Origin: Nitrososphaerota archaeon
GTDB taxonomy: Archaea > Thermoproteota > EX4484-205 > JAAOZP01
DNA length: 64,000 nt
Reading direction: 5' to 3'
NCBI GenBank assembly: GCA_011605725.1
Contig: JAAOZP010000003.1
Location: forward strand, 9,032 to 73,031
Part shown: positions 19,744-29,260 of the stretch, in pieces
Numbering within the stretch: position 1 is the first letter of the stretch
How the letters are laid out: each line of letters starts with the position of its first letter
Program-made: the position numbers and the translations under genes
Notes under the pieces: generated by a model
Databases searched by the model: none
Seen by the model: only the letters and a program-made list of their open reading frames with translations
What the model was told of the DNA's origin: nothing

Positions 19744-20700
19744 TCAGACCTCCGCTGCCGCTAACAGGGTCCACCTTCCAATCTGCTCGTCTCCCTGGCG
19801 GTCAAGTGGTAGTTGAGGCTCGATGATCACCCATCTCCCCTTGGCCAATCCGAATCTCGTCAGGTCTGGGAAGCTCCAATACCTGTATCCGGGCAATTCC
19901 TCAAGATGGACAAGCACCATGTAGTGACGGGCTCCAGTCGCATTCTTGAACGATCCCACGGCTGAGTCGATTCCAACAGCCTCGAAAAGCGAGGCGACGA
20001 GAATCGTATAATCGTCGCAGTCGCCAGACCTCAACCCCAGGGTCTCAACAGGAGCCCGGAAAACATCGTTAACCTCATACTCGTAGTGAACATACTTGCG
20101 TGTGAAGTTCAGTATTTTTCCAATCTTGACAACCGGCGGGTCGGACTCGCTTACGCCGATTATGAGAAGCACCTCGTTGATTTTACTTCTCGCAATATCA
20201 TAGCTCCGCCTTCCAACGATTCTTTCAAACTCAGCCTCCACATCCGGCAAGTATGGGTTGCCAAGATCGTGCTGCGCAAGCCTCGCCGCGAAGACAACCT
20301 GATCCTTAGCCGGGTTTGCACTCTCCCTTGTACCGTCCAACCCTTTAATCAGCCTCACCGCATCATAATACGATTGAAGACTGTTTCCAATCCTTAAAAC
20401 AGCCTCAACACCGAGTTCCCTCCTGAGAACACTGTAATTCCCCATCAGAGACATGTAGGCTGAGCTTAGGTCGGAGAAGCTTGTGTAAAGCGACTGATAA
20501 TTCTCCTCCATCTTCCGGTAGGAGGATGAGAGCTCAAAATAATTAGTCAGAAAGAGAGCGAACAGAATATTCTCCAAAACGATGAAAACAATCAAGCCTA
20601 TTAGAACCAGTCTTCCAGCCTTATGCTCCGGAGGCGGCGGGGGGAATGTAAAAACAATGTTTCTACTCATCTTTCCAACACCCCGTTTCTCAACAGTCAT
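19744..20700 (-). CDS. Membrane-anchored transglutaminase-like (Cys-His-Asp) cysteine protease-fold protein.
   Basis: N-terminal TM LVLIGLIVFIVLENILFALFL. SGDCDDYTILVASLFEAVGIDSAVG is the transglutaminase-like Cys motif. The later His/Asp (ARHYMVLVH…YWSFPD) fit the C-H-D triad spacing. Confidence 0.5.
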   Translation of the reverse strand: MTVEKRGVGKMSRNIVFTFPPPPPEHKAGRLVLIGLIVFIVLENILFALFLTNYFELSSSYRKMEENYQSLYTSFSDLSSAYMSLMGNYSVLRRELGVEAVLRIGNSLQSYYDAVRLIKGLDGTRESANPAKDQVVFAARLAQHDLGNPYLPDVEAEFERIVGRRSYDIARSKINEVLLIIGVSESDPPVVKIGKILNFTRKYVHYEYEVNDVFRAPVETLGLRSGDCDDYTILVASLFEAVGIDSAVGSFKNATGARHYMVLVHLEELPGYRYWSFPDLTRFGLAKGRWVIIEPQLPLDRQGDEQIGRWTLLAAAEV

Positions 20701-20802
20701 GCGTTAAAAAATCTTTCACACAGAACTGTGATTCCCCTCAGGCAGGAGACGCGCGTAAGCCTTTAAAACGTGTTGGACACGTTAAAACATTACTGCCGAT
20801 CC

Positions 20803-21630
20803 TTAGAAAAACATTAGAAAAACCTGTGCAGCCCATAGTGGAACAGCCACAGCAATCCAAGCAGTAATGCTCCACGACAGGATTTTCCTACCGTCTAAAC
20901 CTCCCAACGGAATCATGTTGAATGCTGCAAGCCACAGGTTCACTTGGAAGCCCACGGTACCGATTAGGCCAGTCAGACCGTTTAATCCACTCAGGAAGAG
21001 GAAAAGAATAGCCCAGGCAACGTTAGACAAGGGGCCTGCTAAAGACACTAGCCCAATCCTTCTTCTTTCAGACTTCTGGGGCAATTCGTAGACACTTACA
21101 CGTGGAGCCACGTATGTCGCGCCCGGGGCGGCGAAGATAAAAGACCCGGCTGTAAGCAGGGATGAGAATAAGGCAATGGCGAGCCCCATGGGCCATAGTC
21201 TGAATTCAGACCAGTAGCCGTATCTCTGGGCAGTAAACTTGTGCGCCAACTCGTGCGACACGAACCCTGTTCCGACAACGATCAGGTAGATGACGAGAAT
21301 AAGCGGCAATATTGAGCTGGGTTTGAGAACATATTTAATGGAGAAACATGTTGTTAAAACAACCCACGCGGCCAGCAGATGCGTAACCTCAGTCCAACTG
21401 GTGATTCTCGATATTCTAAGCCTCCGACTAGGCGGCGGAGGAGTCTCACTGTATATGATAGGGGTCTCGCTGCATGTTTGCCTCTGCATCCTCACCAGGT
21501 TCAGCATTCGGCAATTATGCGATTCAGGAAGCCTATGGCGGGAGCAGAAAGTACCCTTACAGTAGGAACAGGTGAAAGGCAGAATTAGCTCCTCGCCGCA
21601 AACCTCGCACTTCACCATTTGAAACACCAC
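20803..21630 (-). CDS. Fusion of an AN1-type zinc finger with a site-2 protease (M50-family intramembrane metalloprotease).
   Basis: CEVCGEELILPFTCSYCKGTFCSRHRLPESHNC matches the AN1 C-x2-C…C-x-C…C-x2-H-x5-H-x-C pattern. HELAHK is an HExxH in a TM helix. AAFNMIPLGGLDGRKIL is the S2P LDG motif. Confidence 0.65.
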   Translation of the reverse strand: MVFQMVKCEVCGEELILPFTCSYCKGTFCSRHRLPESHNCRMLNLVRMQRQTCSETPIIYSETPPPPSRRLRISRITSWTEVTHLLAAWVVLTTCFSIKYVLKPSSILPLILVIYLIVVGTGFVSHELAHKFTAQRYGYWSEFRLWPMGLAIALFSSLLTAGSFIFAAPGATYVAPRVSVYELPQKSERRRIGLVSLAGPLSNVAWAILFLFLSGLNGLTGLIGTVGFQVNLWLAAFNMIPLGGLDGRKILSWSITAWIAVAVPLWAAQVFLMFF

Positions 21631-22090
21631 CCTAATATGCTAATTCTATGCTCCCTAAGCCGTAATGCTGGAGCGCAGCTGCCGAGACAATAGGCTGTTG
21701 CCTTCACACTGTTCAAGTTCCACCAACCATGGATAAAGCAGTACTAAAAGCTTGCTGTTAACAGTAGGCGGCTTAAAAAACCGTTTAAGCAGAAGCATAG
21801 GGGTGTAGGCATACGGCGGAATATTGCTCTTTAACTATCATAAGGAATTATAAACAGGGTTGTGGGGAAACAGTTTAGAAACAGGATCCTGGTTCGAATC
21901 AGGCTGGAGAAAAACAGGGTTGAGAAAAAATCAGGGAAACAAGCGTGATAATCGTGCTCCTGGGCGCCGGCGGCCGGGGGCTGAGGCAGAGGAGAATGCT
22001 GAGGGACGAGTTGGCTTCTATGGGCATGATTGCACTAATACCTGAGGACGATTTCCCGGGGAAGTAGCACCGTCCCTGGTTGAGGAAGCG

Positions 22091-22405
22091 ATGCTGTCCA
22101 AGGGGGATGTGGAGCTAGTGTTCATTAACGTTGAATCATGGGGAACTGTCACGGAGTTCACCCAGTTTCACAGAAACAGGAGGATAACTCCGAAGCTGAG
22201 GGTTCTAGTTAGGCATGAGCATCATCCATTGTACGGAGGCTCCGGAAGCTACTTGACTGATGTTTATCTAACTCACCTCGCTGTCTTCGGACATGTTTAC
22301 GCGATAGATGATTCGCGTAGAACCCTTTTTCCAACTGCGCGTGAAACCGTGGTTAAGCTGGCTGATAGATACAGGTTGTGTAAAGCATTAGGTTTTATCA
22401 GATAA
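22091..22405 (+). CDS. Hypothetical protein.
   Basis: 104-aa ORF with no recognised motif. Weak support. Confidence 0.25.
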   Translation: MLSKGDVELVFINVESWGTVTEFTQFHRNRRITPKLRVLVRHEHHPLYGGSGSYLTDVYLTHLAVFGHVYAIDDSRRTLFPTARETVVKLADRYRLCKALGFIR

Positions 22406-22442
22406 AGATTTTTATACCTGAAACAGTTAATAATGATGAGGA

Positions 22443-22763
22443 ATGAGCATTGAAGAAGTGCGACGCCGGCTCCAAGCCTATAGGGCTTTAGGTAACGGAG
22501 TAAGGCTGAACGCTTTCCTAGAGATCAGCAGGCGGCCCGGCGTTTCGTTCAACAGCCTCTCGAGAAAAATCGGGGTTGAAAGGGGGCTGCTGGCTTATCA
22601 TCTGGCTGTTTTAAAGGCCGCGGGCATAGTTAAGGTCAGCTACGAGAGGAGGAGCAGGCAGACGTCAAAATATGAGTTGACACCTGAAGGAGAGAAGCTT
22701 GCTCAAGAACTATGCTCCGGCGGGAGGAGAACCAGTCGGCTGAAAAAGCGGGTTAATAAGTAG
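22443..22763 (+). CDS. ArsR/SmtB-family winged-helix transcriptional regulator.
   Basis: …RLNAFLEISRRPGVSFNSLSRKIGVERGLLAYHLAVLKAAGIV… is a typical ArsR HTH. Confidence 0.6.
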   Translation: MSIEEVRRRLQAYRALGNGVRLNAFLEISRRPGVSFNSLSRKIGVERGLLAYHLAVLKAAGIVKVSYERRSRQTSKYELTPEGEKLAQELCSGGRRTSRLKKRVNK

Positions 22764-22935
22764 AAAAACCTTATCCAAGTCTCACGCATCGTCATCACAT
22801 CGTGTATAAGGAAATTGGTTTCCCTCTTTAAAGAACCATAGCGCCTAGTGAAACCAGTGGGTTCAACCAGAAAGCTATGTATCCAAAAAGATTAAAATAG
22901 GAATACTTTTTACATGTAAGTATGGTGAAAAAAGC

Positions 22936-23174
22936 TTGAGTTATACTATTACTGAGAAGGGTACGGTAACAATCCCGGCTGAGGTTAAAAAAAATATGGG
23001 TTGAAAAAGGGCTCCCGTGTTAAGTTCGTGGAGACCGACGGAGGAATCCTGCTTGTCCCAGTAATCCCTTTTGAAGAGCTTTTCGGCGCGGATAAGAACG
23101 TTAAGGAAACAGTGTATCAAATGATTAAAGAGCTTCAGGAGGAAAGGAGGAGGGAAGCATCTGAAGAAGGATAG
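22936..23174 (+). pseudogene. vapB: vapB-like AbrB/SpoVT-fold antitoxin, frameshifted.
   Basis: SYTITEKGTVTIPAEVKKNMG* continues in another frame as LKKGSRVKFVETDGGILLVPVIPFEEL…. This indicates a single-base loss in the A-run near 22990-23000. Confidence 0.5.
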
Positions 23175-23566
23175 GCTTGTCTTCGACGTAGGCCCACTCC
23201 TCCTCTATTTCGCTGAAGATAATCGTGTCAAGGTTTTTTCGAAGAGGTCATGGCGAGTAAGGCAGAGGGCTATACGTGTGAAATCAACATTGCAGAACTC
23301 TATTGTAAAACGTGTGAGAAACTCGGTCGAGAAGCTGCTGAAGTTAGGAACGCATCCATCAGACACTCAAAATCACAATATTGCCGTTGGATGAAAGGCT
23401 TACGCACGTTGCAGGAGGCTTGAAGTGTATTCACAGGGGGAAGCTTTCTCTGGCAGACGCCTATATCTTGGCGGCTGCAAAAATGCTTGGAGGAACTCTG
23501 ATAACAACAGATTCCCGGCTTGCAGAGCTTAAAACAGTACCAGCCAGATTGATTGAAATCCCTTAG
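23165..23566 (+). pseudogene. vapC: vapC-like PIN-domain toxin, broken by at least two frameshifts.
   Basis: PIN-like segments sit in three frames. Frame a: KDRLVFDVGPLLLYFAEDNRVKVF. Frame b: MASKAEGYTCEINIAELYCKTCEKLGREAAEVRNASIRHSKSQ. Frame c: LDERLTHVAGGLKCIHRGKLSLADAYILAAAKMLGGTLITTDSRLAE (the 61-aa ORF at 23381..23566). Confidence 0.5.
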
Positions 23567-23760
23567 CATATCGTACGCCACCTTGAGCGTTTTCAGAATC
23601 GCGTCTAAATATTCTAGCATGCCCACCAGTTTCATCTGAAGCATTGTTTAAAGGCAGCTGGAGCGCCTGCTTTTAGGAAGACAAGGCGCGTTCTGGGCAA
23701 TTCTGAGAAGAGTAGGATTAAAAAGGTTGATGTGCGGGTGCTCCCAGCATTACACGCCAT

Positions 23761-24450
23761 CTAGATCTTTGAAAGAATGTTTGAATATTTCTCCATCCTC
23801 ATAACTTTCCCCTCGGGCTGTATAAGCCAGGTCATCCAGCAGAGCTCTATCGGCCTGTATCCGCATGCTAATGCAACCTTCTCGGCTTCCCTGATGAACT
23901 CCATGTCTTTCTCCACGGGTTTTAAGCCGGCTTTAACCAGAATCCTGTTAACCACTCTTTTAACAATCTTATCCGGCATGACTGTGTCAATGCCTCCCAT
24001 CATTCTCAAGTATTGGAAGGTTATTAAGCCAACACCTTTAATTCTCCCGACCGGGTCCCTCCTCCAGTTTTCAAGACTAGCTTTCCCAGCCCAGGTTCTA
24101 AGAGCCTCCCTATCATTATTGCTCAATGTTGAAAGATAGGAGGCAATCTTCCTAGCAACACTCCAAGACCTTTTATTCCTCCATACTGTCCTCAGCCTCC
24201 TCACATCAGCCCCGGCAAGGTCTTTCAAACTCCTTATCTCACCGTTTTCAACAAACCTCTTGTTGAACTCCTCAACCTTAGGGACGACTGCAGTGAAATA
24301 GTTTAAGCCTATTGAGGTGAAGGCAGCGTCAACAATCATCAGGACAACACTCCCACCCCACCTCTCAGTCTTAAGACACCTGTCGCAATGCTCCTTAAGA
24401 CCCGGAACACTCCGCATATAACTGTCAACCACTTCCTTCAACGAAAGCAT
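23761..24450 (-). CDS. Helix-hairpin-helix DNA glycosylase-like protein, possibly an archaeal AGOG/Ogg-type N-glycosylase/DNA lyase.
   Basis: HhH-like element IKGVGLITFQYLRMMGGIDTVMPDKIVKRV in a 229-aa protein. The subfamily cannot be fixed by eye. Confidence 0.4.
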   Translation of the reverse strand: MLSLKEVVDSYMRSVPGLKEHCDRCLKTERWGGSVVLMIVDAAFTSIGLNYFTAVVPKVEEFNKRFVENGEIRSLKDLAGADVRRLRTVWRNKRSWSVARKIASYLSTLSNNDREALRTWAGKASLENWRRDPVGRIKGVGLITFQYLRMMGGIDTVMPDKIVKRVVNRILVKAGLKPVEKDMEFIREAEKVALACGYRPIELCWMTWLIQPEGKVMRMEKYSNILSKI

Positions 24451-24510
24451 ATTACCTCTGAGAAGGACGATAGTTTACTTATTTTTATTTATAATCCTGA
24501 ACCTTAGCGT

Positions 24511-25056
24511 ATGGCAAAATTTTTAAACGAGGGTTTAAGCTTCGACTCGATGGAAATACTTTTCGTCTGTGAAGGAAACATATTTAGGAGCACTATGGCA
24601 GAGGCTTTGTTCAACAGGATTATCGATGATGCAGGATATAGCAAGGAGATACGTGTCTCGTCCGCCGGAACCATAGCTGTTGACGGAAGCCCTGCCTCAC
24701 CCTATGCGGTTTTCGTAATGGGGAAAAGAGGGATTAGCTTGGAGAGTTTCAGGGCTAGGCGGTTAACACCAGAGCTTGTTCAGAGGGCAGACCTAATATT
24801 GACGATGGAGGAGAAGCATAGGCGCTACGTGCTTGAGCTCGTCCCAGAGGCTGTGGGAAAGACACATACGTTGAAAACTTTCTGCGGGCAGGAGGGCGAG
24901 ATATACGACCTCAGGGGAGGAGGGTTTGAAGGGGCGGAGAAGATTGCTCAGAAGATTGAGGATTGCATCAAGGCGAGTCTTCCACGAATAATTGATAGGG
25001 TGGAAAAAGCAAAGGATGTTAACCGAATATTGAGAAAGGTCTCGTGTGTTCAGTAG
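24511..25056 (+). CDS. Low-molecular-weight protein-tyrosine phosphatase or ArsC-family enzyme.
   Basis: P-loop C-x5-R motif ILFVCEGNIFRSTMAEALF near the N-terminus. Confidence 0.7.
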   Translation: MAKFLNEGLSFDSMEILFVCEGNIFRSTMAEALFNRIIDDAGYSKEIRVSSAGTIAVDGSPASPYAVFVMGKRGISLESFRARRLTPELVQRADLILTMEEKHRRYVLELVPEAVGKTHTLKTFCGQEGEIYDLRGGGFEGAEKIAQKIEDCIKASLPRIIDRVEKAKDVNRILRKVSCVQ

Positions 25057-25082
25057 AGCATTATCCGGAAGGATTTGATTGT

Positions 25083-25625
25083 TTAAACGGTATTTCCCTT
25101 TTCAACTTCTTCGAATTTTTTCATAGCGTATTCGACGATTTTCATCGCTTCTTTCGCGTCCTTCCACTCTTTAAACCTAACCCACTTATGCGGTTCGAGA
25201 CGCTTATAGGTTTCGAAAAACTCTTGAATCTCCCTAAGCTTGTGAGGGTGAACGTCGTTAATATCCCTGTAACCGTTGAACCTTGCATCGTCGACAAGCA
25301 CTGACAGGATTTTCGGGTCTTCCCCCTTCTCGTCTTCGATTATAAGTGCACCTATGACTCTAACCCTGACTAAACATCCCACTTCAAGGGGCTCGTAGCT
25401 TAACGCCATTATGTCCAAAGGGTCTTCATCATCGAACCATGTTTGAGGAACAAAACCGTATTCAACTGGGAAAACCACGGACGAGGGTATTATGCGGTCT
25501 AGGACAAAAGTTTCCAGTTTAACGTTATACTCATACTTGTCTCTCGAGCCACTAATAACCTCGATAACCATGTTTAAAATTTCCGGAGGCTTATCTCCAC
25601 ACGGAATATCCCGCCAGAGATTCAT
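25083..25625 (-). CDS. ppa: Inorganic pyrophosphatase (family I).
   Basis: DKYEYNVKLETFVLDRIIPSSVVFPVEYGFVPQTWFDDEDPLDIMAL… matches the soluble PPase core. Length 180 aa. Confidence 0.85.
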   Translation of the reverse strand: MNLWRDIPCGDKPPEILNMVIEVISGSRDKYEYNVKLETFVLDRIIPSSVVFPVEYGFVPQTWFDDEDPLDIMALSYEPLEVGCLVRVRVIGALIIEDEKGEDPKILSVLVDDARFNGYRDINDVHPHKLREIQEFFETYKRLEPHKWVRFKEWKDAKEAMKIVEYAMKKFEEVEKGNTV

Positions 25626-25763
25626 GAGTAAAGCCGTTGGTGAACTGCTGCTTAGTTATTTAAGCCTTTCAAAATTAACCACTACAGCGCGCGCTATCCT
25701 ATGCTCTAATAAGCATGCTCGCTAAGCTTTTTAAACAACCAGTGCACGCTAAGCAGTAGCCAT

Positions 25764-26849
25764 TTGAAAACTCTACTCTATAAGGAGGATTGGGAAAGGG
25801 TTTCAGAGACATACGAGGCTTGGTGGGAGGGTGAGCTAAGCAGGCCGTTAATACATTTAACGTACATACCGCCCAATGTAGACGTTAACGATTACTATCT
25901 AACGTTAAGCTGGGCTTTCATGAGGTTTCCTCCTGAAAAGGCTTTAACAGCTATGTTCGAATGCTTCTCTAAAACATTATTCATGTGCGAAGCCTATCCG
26001 AACGTGTGGGTGAACATTGGGCCCGGCGCCCTGTCGGCTTTCCTAGGCTCTGAAGTAGATTTCAAACCTGAGTCAGGAACCTCATGGTTTAAAGGCTCAT
26101 TCTCCCTAGACGAGCTTTTAAACGTCGAGCTGAACCCGGAGAATAAATGGTGGCGTTACGTAAACGAATGCACCGAGAAGGCTTCAAAAATATGCAGGGA
26201 CAAGGCGATAGTTGCCTTCACAGACCTTTTAGATGTAGCCACGAGCCTAGCCCACCTTAGGGGCGGTGCTTTAAAACTGGTTAAAGACGTTTTCCACGAG
26301 CCTTCTAAAGTCAAGATGGTTTTAAACCATCTGCATAAAATCTGGTTCAACTGCTTTGAAAAGTTCTCAAACATCATAGATACGGATTTTTACGGTTTTT
26401 CGAACTGGGCTACACTATGGAGCAGACGCAAATCATTCATACTTCAATGCGACTTCAGCGTATATCTTTCACCAAAACTATTCAGCGTATTCATACTCCC
26501 ACTGGTGGAGGAGGAATGTAGATTCTTCGAAAGAAGCTTCTGGCATTTAGACGGGCCTCTTGAACTCCCGCATCTTGACAAGCTTCTAAGCTTAAGCGGG
26601 CTCAACGGTATTCAATGGATCCCTGGAGCCGGGAACCCGGATCCGGGTGAAAGCTGCTGGGTTCCGCTGTACAGGAGAATACAGGAGGCTGGGAAGCTTC
26701 TTCAAATAACCGGAATCCCAATATCTAAAATAATACCTGTTTTAAGCCAAATATCGTCTAAAGGCGTTTTCATCCAAGCTTCAACCTCAAGCCTTGAAAC
26801 AGCTGAAACCCTCCTTGGAAAAATGTCTGAGAAGTACGGTTTAGCTTGA
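25764..26849 (+). CDS. Hypothetical protein, possibly a URO-D/methyltransferase-like TIM-barrel fold.
   Basis: 361-aa ORF with coding-like composition. Only weak resemblance to the uroporphyrinogen-decarboxylase-like family. Confidence 0.35.
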   Translation: MKTLLYKEDWERVSETYEAWWEGELSRPLIHLTYIPPNVDVNDYYLTLSWAFMRFPPEKALTAMFECFSKTLFMCEAYPNVWVNIGPGALSAFLGSEVDFKPESGTSWFKGSFSLDELLNVELNPENKWWRYVNECTEKASKICRDKAIVAFTDLLDVATSLAHLRGGALKLVKDVFHEPSKVKMVLNHLHKIWFNCFEKFSNIIDTDFYGFSNWATLWSRRKSFILQCDFSVYLSPKLFSVFILPLVEEECRFFERSFWHLDGPLELPHLDKLLSLSGLNGIQWIPGAGNPDPGESCWVPLYRRIQEAGKLLQITGIPISKIIPVLSQISSKGVFIQASTSSLETAETLLGKMSEKYGLA

Positions 26850-26988
26850 AATGTAGCGCGCTATTCTTCAAGGTGAAGGTTTTTCGAAAAGGCTAACATT
26901 AGACTGTGGGGGAGAATGAAACATTAGCGGATAAGGGTGGGCAAGTATAGAATACTATTTGAACCGCTTCCGATGAAGCGCGTGCTTT

Positions 26989-28269
26989 TTATTCTCTGCG
27001 CGTAATCAACCACTTCCATAGTGGAGTGAATTTAATTTTTTCATTTTCAATTTCTAATTCATCATCATAACCCCAAGTTATTACGAGTAAATCTTTGCAT
27101 CTGAGTTCTACACAAGCCTTAAGCAACGCCCTTATCTTGCGTCTCTCGATTTCATCTCTACCATTAGCATAAGTAACCTGGATGAGTTGTTTAATTTTTG
27201 GGCCCTCCTTCAAGACGAAATCCACCTCATTTTGTTGACGATCCTTCCAGTAAAAGATTTCAAGCAAAGGATTATCATTTATCTTCCTCATCTCTTCTAT
27301 GAATACGGTGTTCTCCATCAGCCTTCCAAAATCCTCTGAAAACCGGACTACCTTTGAAATCCCCGTATCGCATATGTAAACCTTCCTTGGCCAAGATTCC
27401 CTCAGGGAGATTTTTTCCGAGTATTTTTTAACAAAGAAAACGGCCAGCGTATCCTGCAATTTTTCAACGTAATCGTAGACGGTGTTTTTACCCATTCTTA
27501 TACCGTTCGACTTAAGCAGGTTTACAAGCCTATTTACGCTAAACTCGTGCGAGAAACTTTGAAGTACTTGAGAAAAAACGAACTTTGCCACTTCAACGCT
27601 TTTAAGTTCATGTCTTTCTACAAAGTCTTTAAAGAAAATCATGTCCTGATACTCCTTCAAAATCTTCTCCTTATCCTCCTTCAACACGATTTCCGGAAAG
27701 CTGCCGAATTCAAGGAATTCTCTCAACAAGTTCCTTATTTTTGCTTTCTCCAGCCCGCTTAGGACTTCCTCCAACTCAACTCCTTTGGCTTTTAGAAATT
27801 CTCTGAACGAAAAGCCGAACAAAAGATAGGTTAAAGACCTCCCCCTCAGTTGAGTAGCCACTTCCCTGCTTAAGAGCTTGGAGGAGGAACCAGTAGCAAA
27901 AATTCTATAACCCCCTCTATTCAAGAGGGTTCTTACCATGGTTTCCCATTTCTCTACCCTTTGAACCTCGTCTAGAAAGATATCCGTTGGAACCCTGCCA
28001 GTTGTTTCGGTGAAGAGGTTTATCACATCCAGCACCTCATCAAACTTAACGTCTATCAAAGCGGAGTCTTCAAAATCTAGGTAGAGACAGCTTTCCTTAT
28101 TCCCCCTCATCAGCTGGTAGAAATAGAAGGTTTTACCAGCCCTCCGAGGCCCTACTATTGAAATAACTTTGTCTTTTACCGGCTTTACGGAGAGCTCTCT
28201 TTCCACTAGGGGTGGGAGATTTTTCGTGTACCAGTCTTCGATGTAGCTTCTCACCCTTGCTTCTTTCAT
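26989..28269 (-). CDS. AAA+ ATPase of the COG1373 / AAA_14 plus DUF4143 family.
   Basis: Walker A IVGPRRAGKTFYFYQL. Walker B IFLDEVQ. The C-terminal DUF4143-like region is present. Paralog of 35897..37192. Confidence 0.75.
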   Translation of the reverse strand: MKEARVRSYIEDWYTKNLPPLVERELSVKPVKDKVISIVGPRRAGKTFYFYQLMRGNKESCLYLDFEDSALIDVKFDEVLDVINLFTETTGRVPTDIFLDEVQRVEKWETMVRTLLNRGGYRIFATGSSSKLLSREVATQLRGRSLTYLLFGFSFREFLKAKGVELEEVLSGLEKAKIRNLLREFLEFGSFPEIVLKEDKEKILKEYQDMIFFKDFVERHELKSVEVAKFVFSQVLQSFSHEFSVNRLVNLLKSNGIRMGKNTVYDYVEKLQDTLAVFFVKKYSEKISLRESWPRKVYICDTGISKVVRFSEDFGRLMENTVFIEEMRKINDNPLLEIFYWKDRQQNEVDFVLKEGPKIKQLIQVTYANGRDEIERRKIRALLKACVELRCKDLLVITWGYDDELEIENEKIKFTPLWKWLITRRE

Positions 28270-28571
28270 AATGTAATAGTTGTTGAGACAATTGCTTATA
28301 AAATTTTCTCAGTCATAGAGAAATACGATATTAGCATCTGAAAGCCCGCAATATGGTTAAAAGGCCACTCTTAAACCAGAAATCGAATTTTGAGGAAAAG
28401 ATAGGCAGAATCAGGGTAGCGCGCGATTTTCTCTTAAATCCGAGAGACATGATGTGGCAAATCGACTTAACCGAAAAGTTCTTTTTGTTCACCTGAAACT
28501 ACTTGAACAGCTTGGAGTGTCGTCGTTACTTGCTTTAGCGCGCTCTACGGATTATCCCTCGGAATATTGCT

Positions 28572-28700
28572 TCAGCAGAAGACGCATCTCAGATTACAGC
28601 CAACGCAGTCAGCCGTCGCTGTACCCCCGTACCATCTGCCTCCCTCTGAACCTGTAGTACTTCCCCACACCCTCTTTCTCCACCATTCTTCTCGTCGCCT
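28572..28700 (-). pseudogene. 5' fragment of a QueE-like radical SAM gene, ending in a stop immediately after the CxxxCxxC motif.
   Basis: The C-terminal ~35 aa of the 81-aa ORF read …TTGSEGGRWYGGTATADCVGCNLRCVFC*. This matches the QueE N-terminal pattern (QGEG … f-v-R … GCNLRCxxC). No continuation exists in any frame downstream. Confidence 0.4.
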
Positions 28701-28840
28701 CAGCGAGAGCAACCTGGTCGTAACCCCTCTCCACAGGTAAACCTTGAGAATGGGCGCCATATAAACACCATGCTTGCAAACCCCCTGCCGGCTTATGATG
28801 CTTATTGCAACATTCATTGTAGAAGAGTAGAAATGCTATT

Positions 28841-29260
28841 CTAAACCTTAACGCCCCACGTGTTTCTAACCCTGTTCAGCAGCTTCTCCACAGCATCCTG
28901 GCTCCTCAGACTGTTCAAGCCTGCTCTGACGCTAACGTTAAGATCCTTGACAGGGATTTTACCTGTCTCCCACTTATCCTCGCTTAACACGAACAGTGGC
29001 TTGAACAGTATCCTGTAGGGGTATATGGCTCTTCCAACAACAGCCTCGTCGCGCCAGAGAATACTCTCCTCCATAGCTTTACCCTCGACGGATGCGAGGC
29101 CAACAATGCCGCGGACAGGGCTCGTAACGTAGAGGAAAAGCAGGTCTCCGCTAGCAACTTTTTCCCAAGTTTTCTTAAGCCTCTTGTTAACGCCCCACTT
29201 CCCTTTCTCCAGAGAAGTCTTCAGGTTGAGCGAAGACCCGGTTGCAACCCAAACATTCAT
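28841..29260 (-). CDS. EVE (PUA-like) domain protein, a predicted modified-base reader.
   Basis: …KGKWGVNKRLKKTWEKVASGDLLFLYVTSPVRGIVGLASVEGKA…YPYRILFKP… fits the EVE consensus (w-G … GDlvffY … givGiaev … R-i-f). Confidence 0.55.
   Translation of the reverse strand: MNVWVATGSSLNLKTSLEKGKWGVNKRLKKTWEKVASGDLLFLYVTSPVRGIVGLASVEGKAMEESILWRDEAVVGRAIYPYRILFKPLFVLSEDKWETGKIPVKDLNVSVRAGLNSLRSQDAVEKLLNRVRNTWGVKV

Noticed and set aside
21880-21910. A tRNA-like T-loop sequence (GGTTCGAATC) within the 21.6-22.1 kb intergenic region.
   Set aside because: No matching acceptor stem: the expected 5' complement of the putative 3' acceptor strand is absent upstream. No D-arm or anticodon arm could be folded. 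The surrounding sequence is low-complexity (repeated aaacagggttg) rather than a cloverleaf.
21860-22045. A 61-aa G/R-rich ORF (MWGNSLETGSW…).
   Set aside because: Low-complexity composition. It lies in a long intergenic spacer with short repeats and no motif, so it is probably non-coding.
23300-23644. A 114-aa minus-strand ORF overlapping the vapC remnant.
   Set aside because: It is antisense to recognisable PIN-coding sequence and has no motif, so it is probably spurious.
28701-28817. The N-terminal two-thirds of the 81-aa ORF (MNVAISIISRQGVCKHGVYMAPILKVYLW…).
   Set aside because: This looks like read-through upstream of the QueE-like start rather than real protein. An alternative frame over the same DNA reads equally protein-like, and only the last ~35 codons align with a known family.
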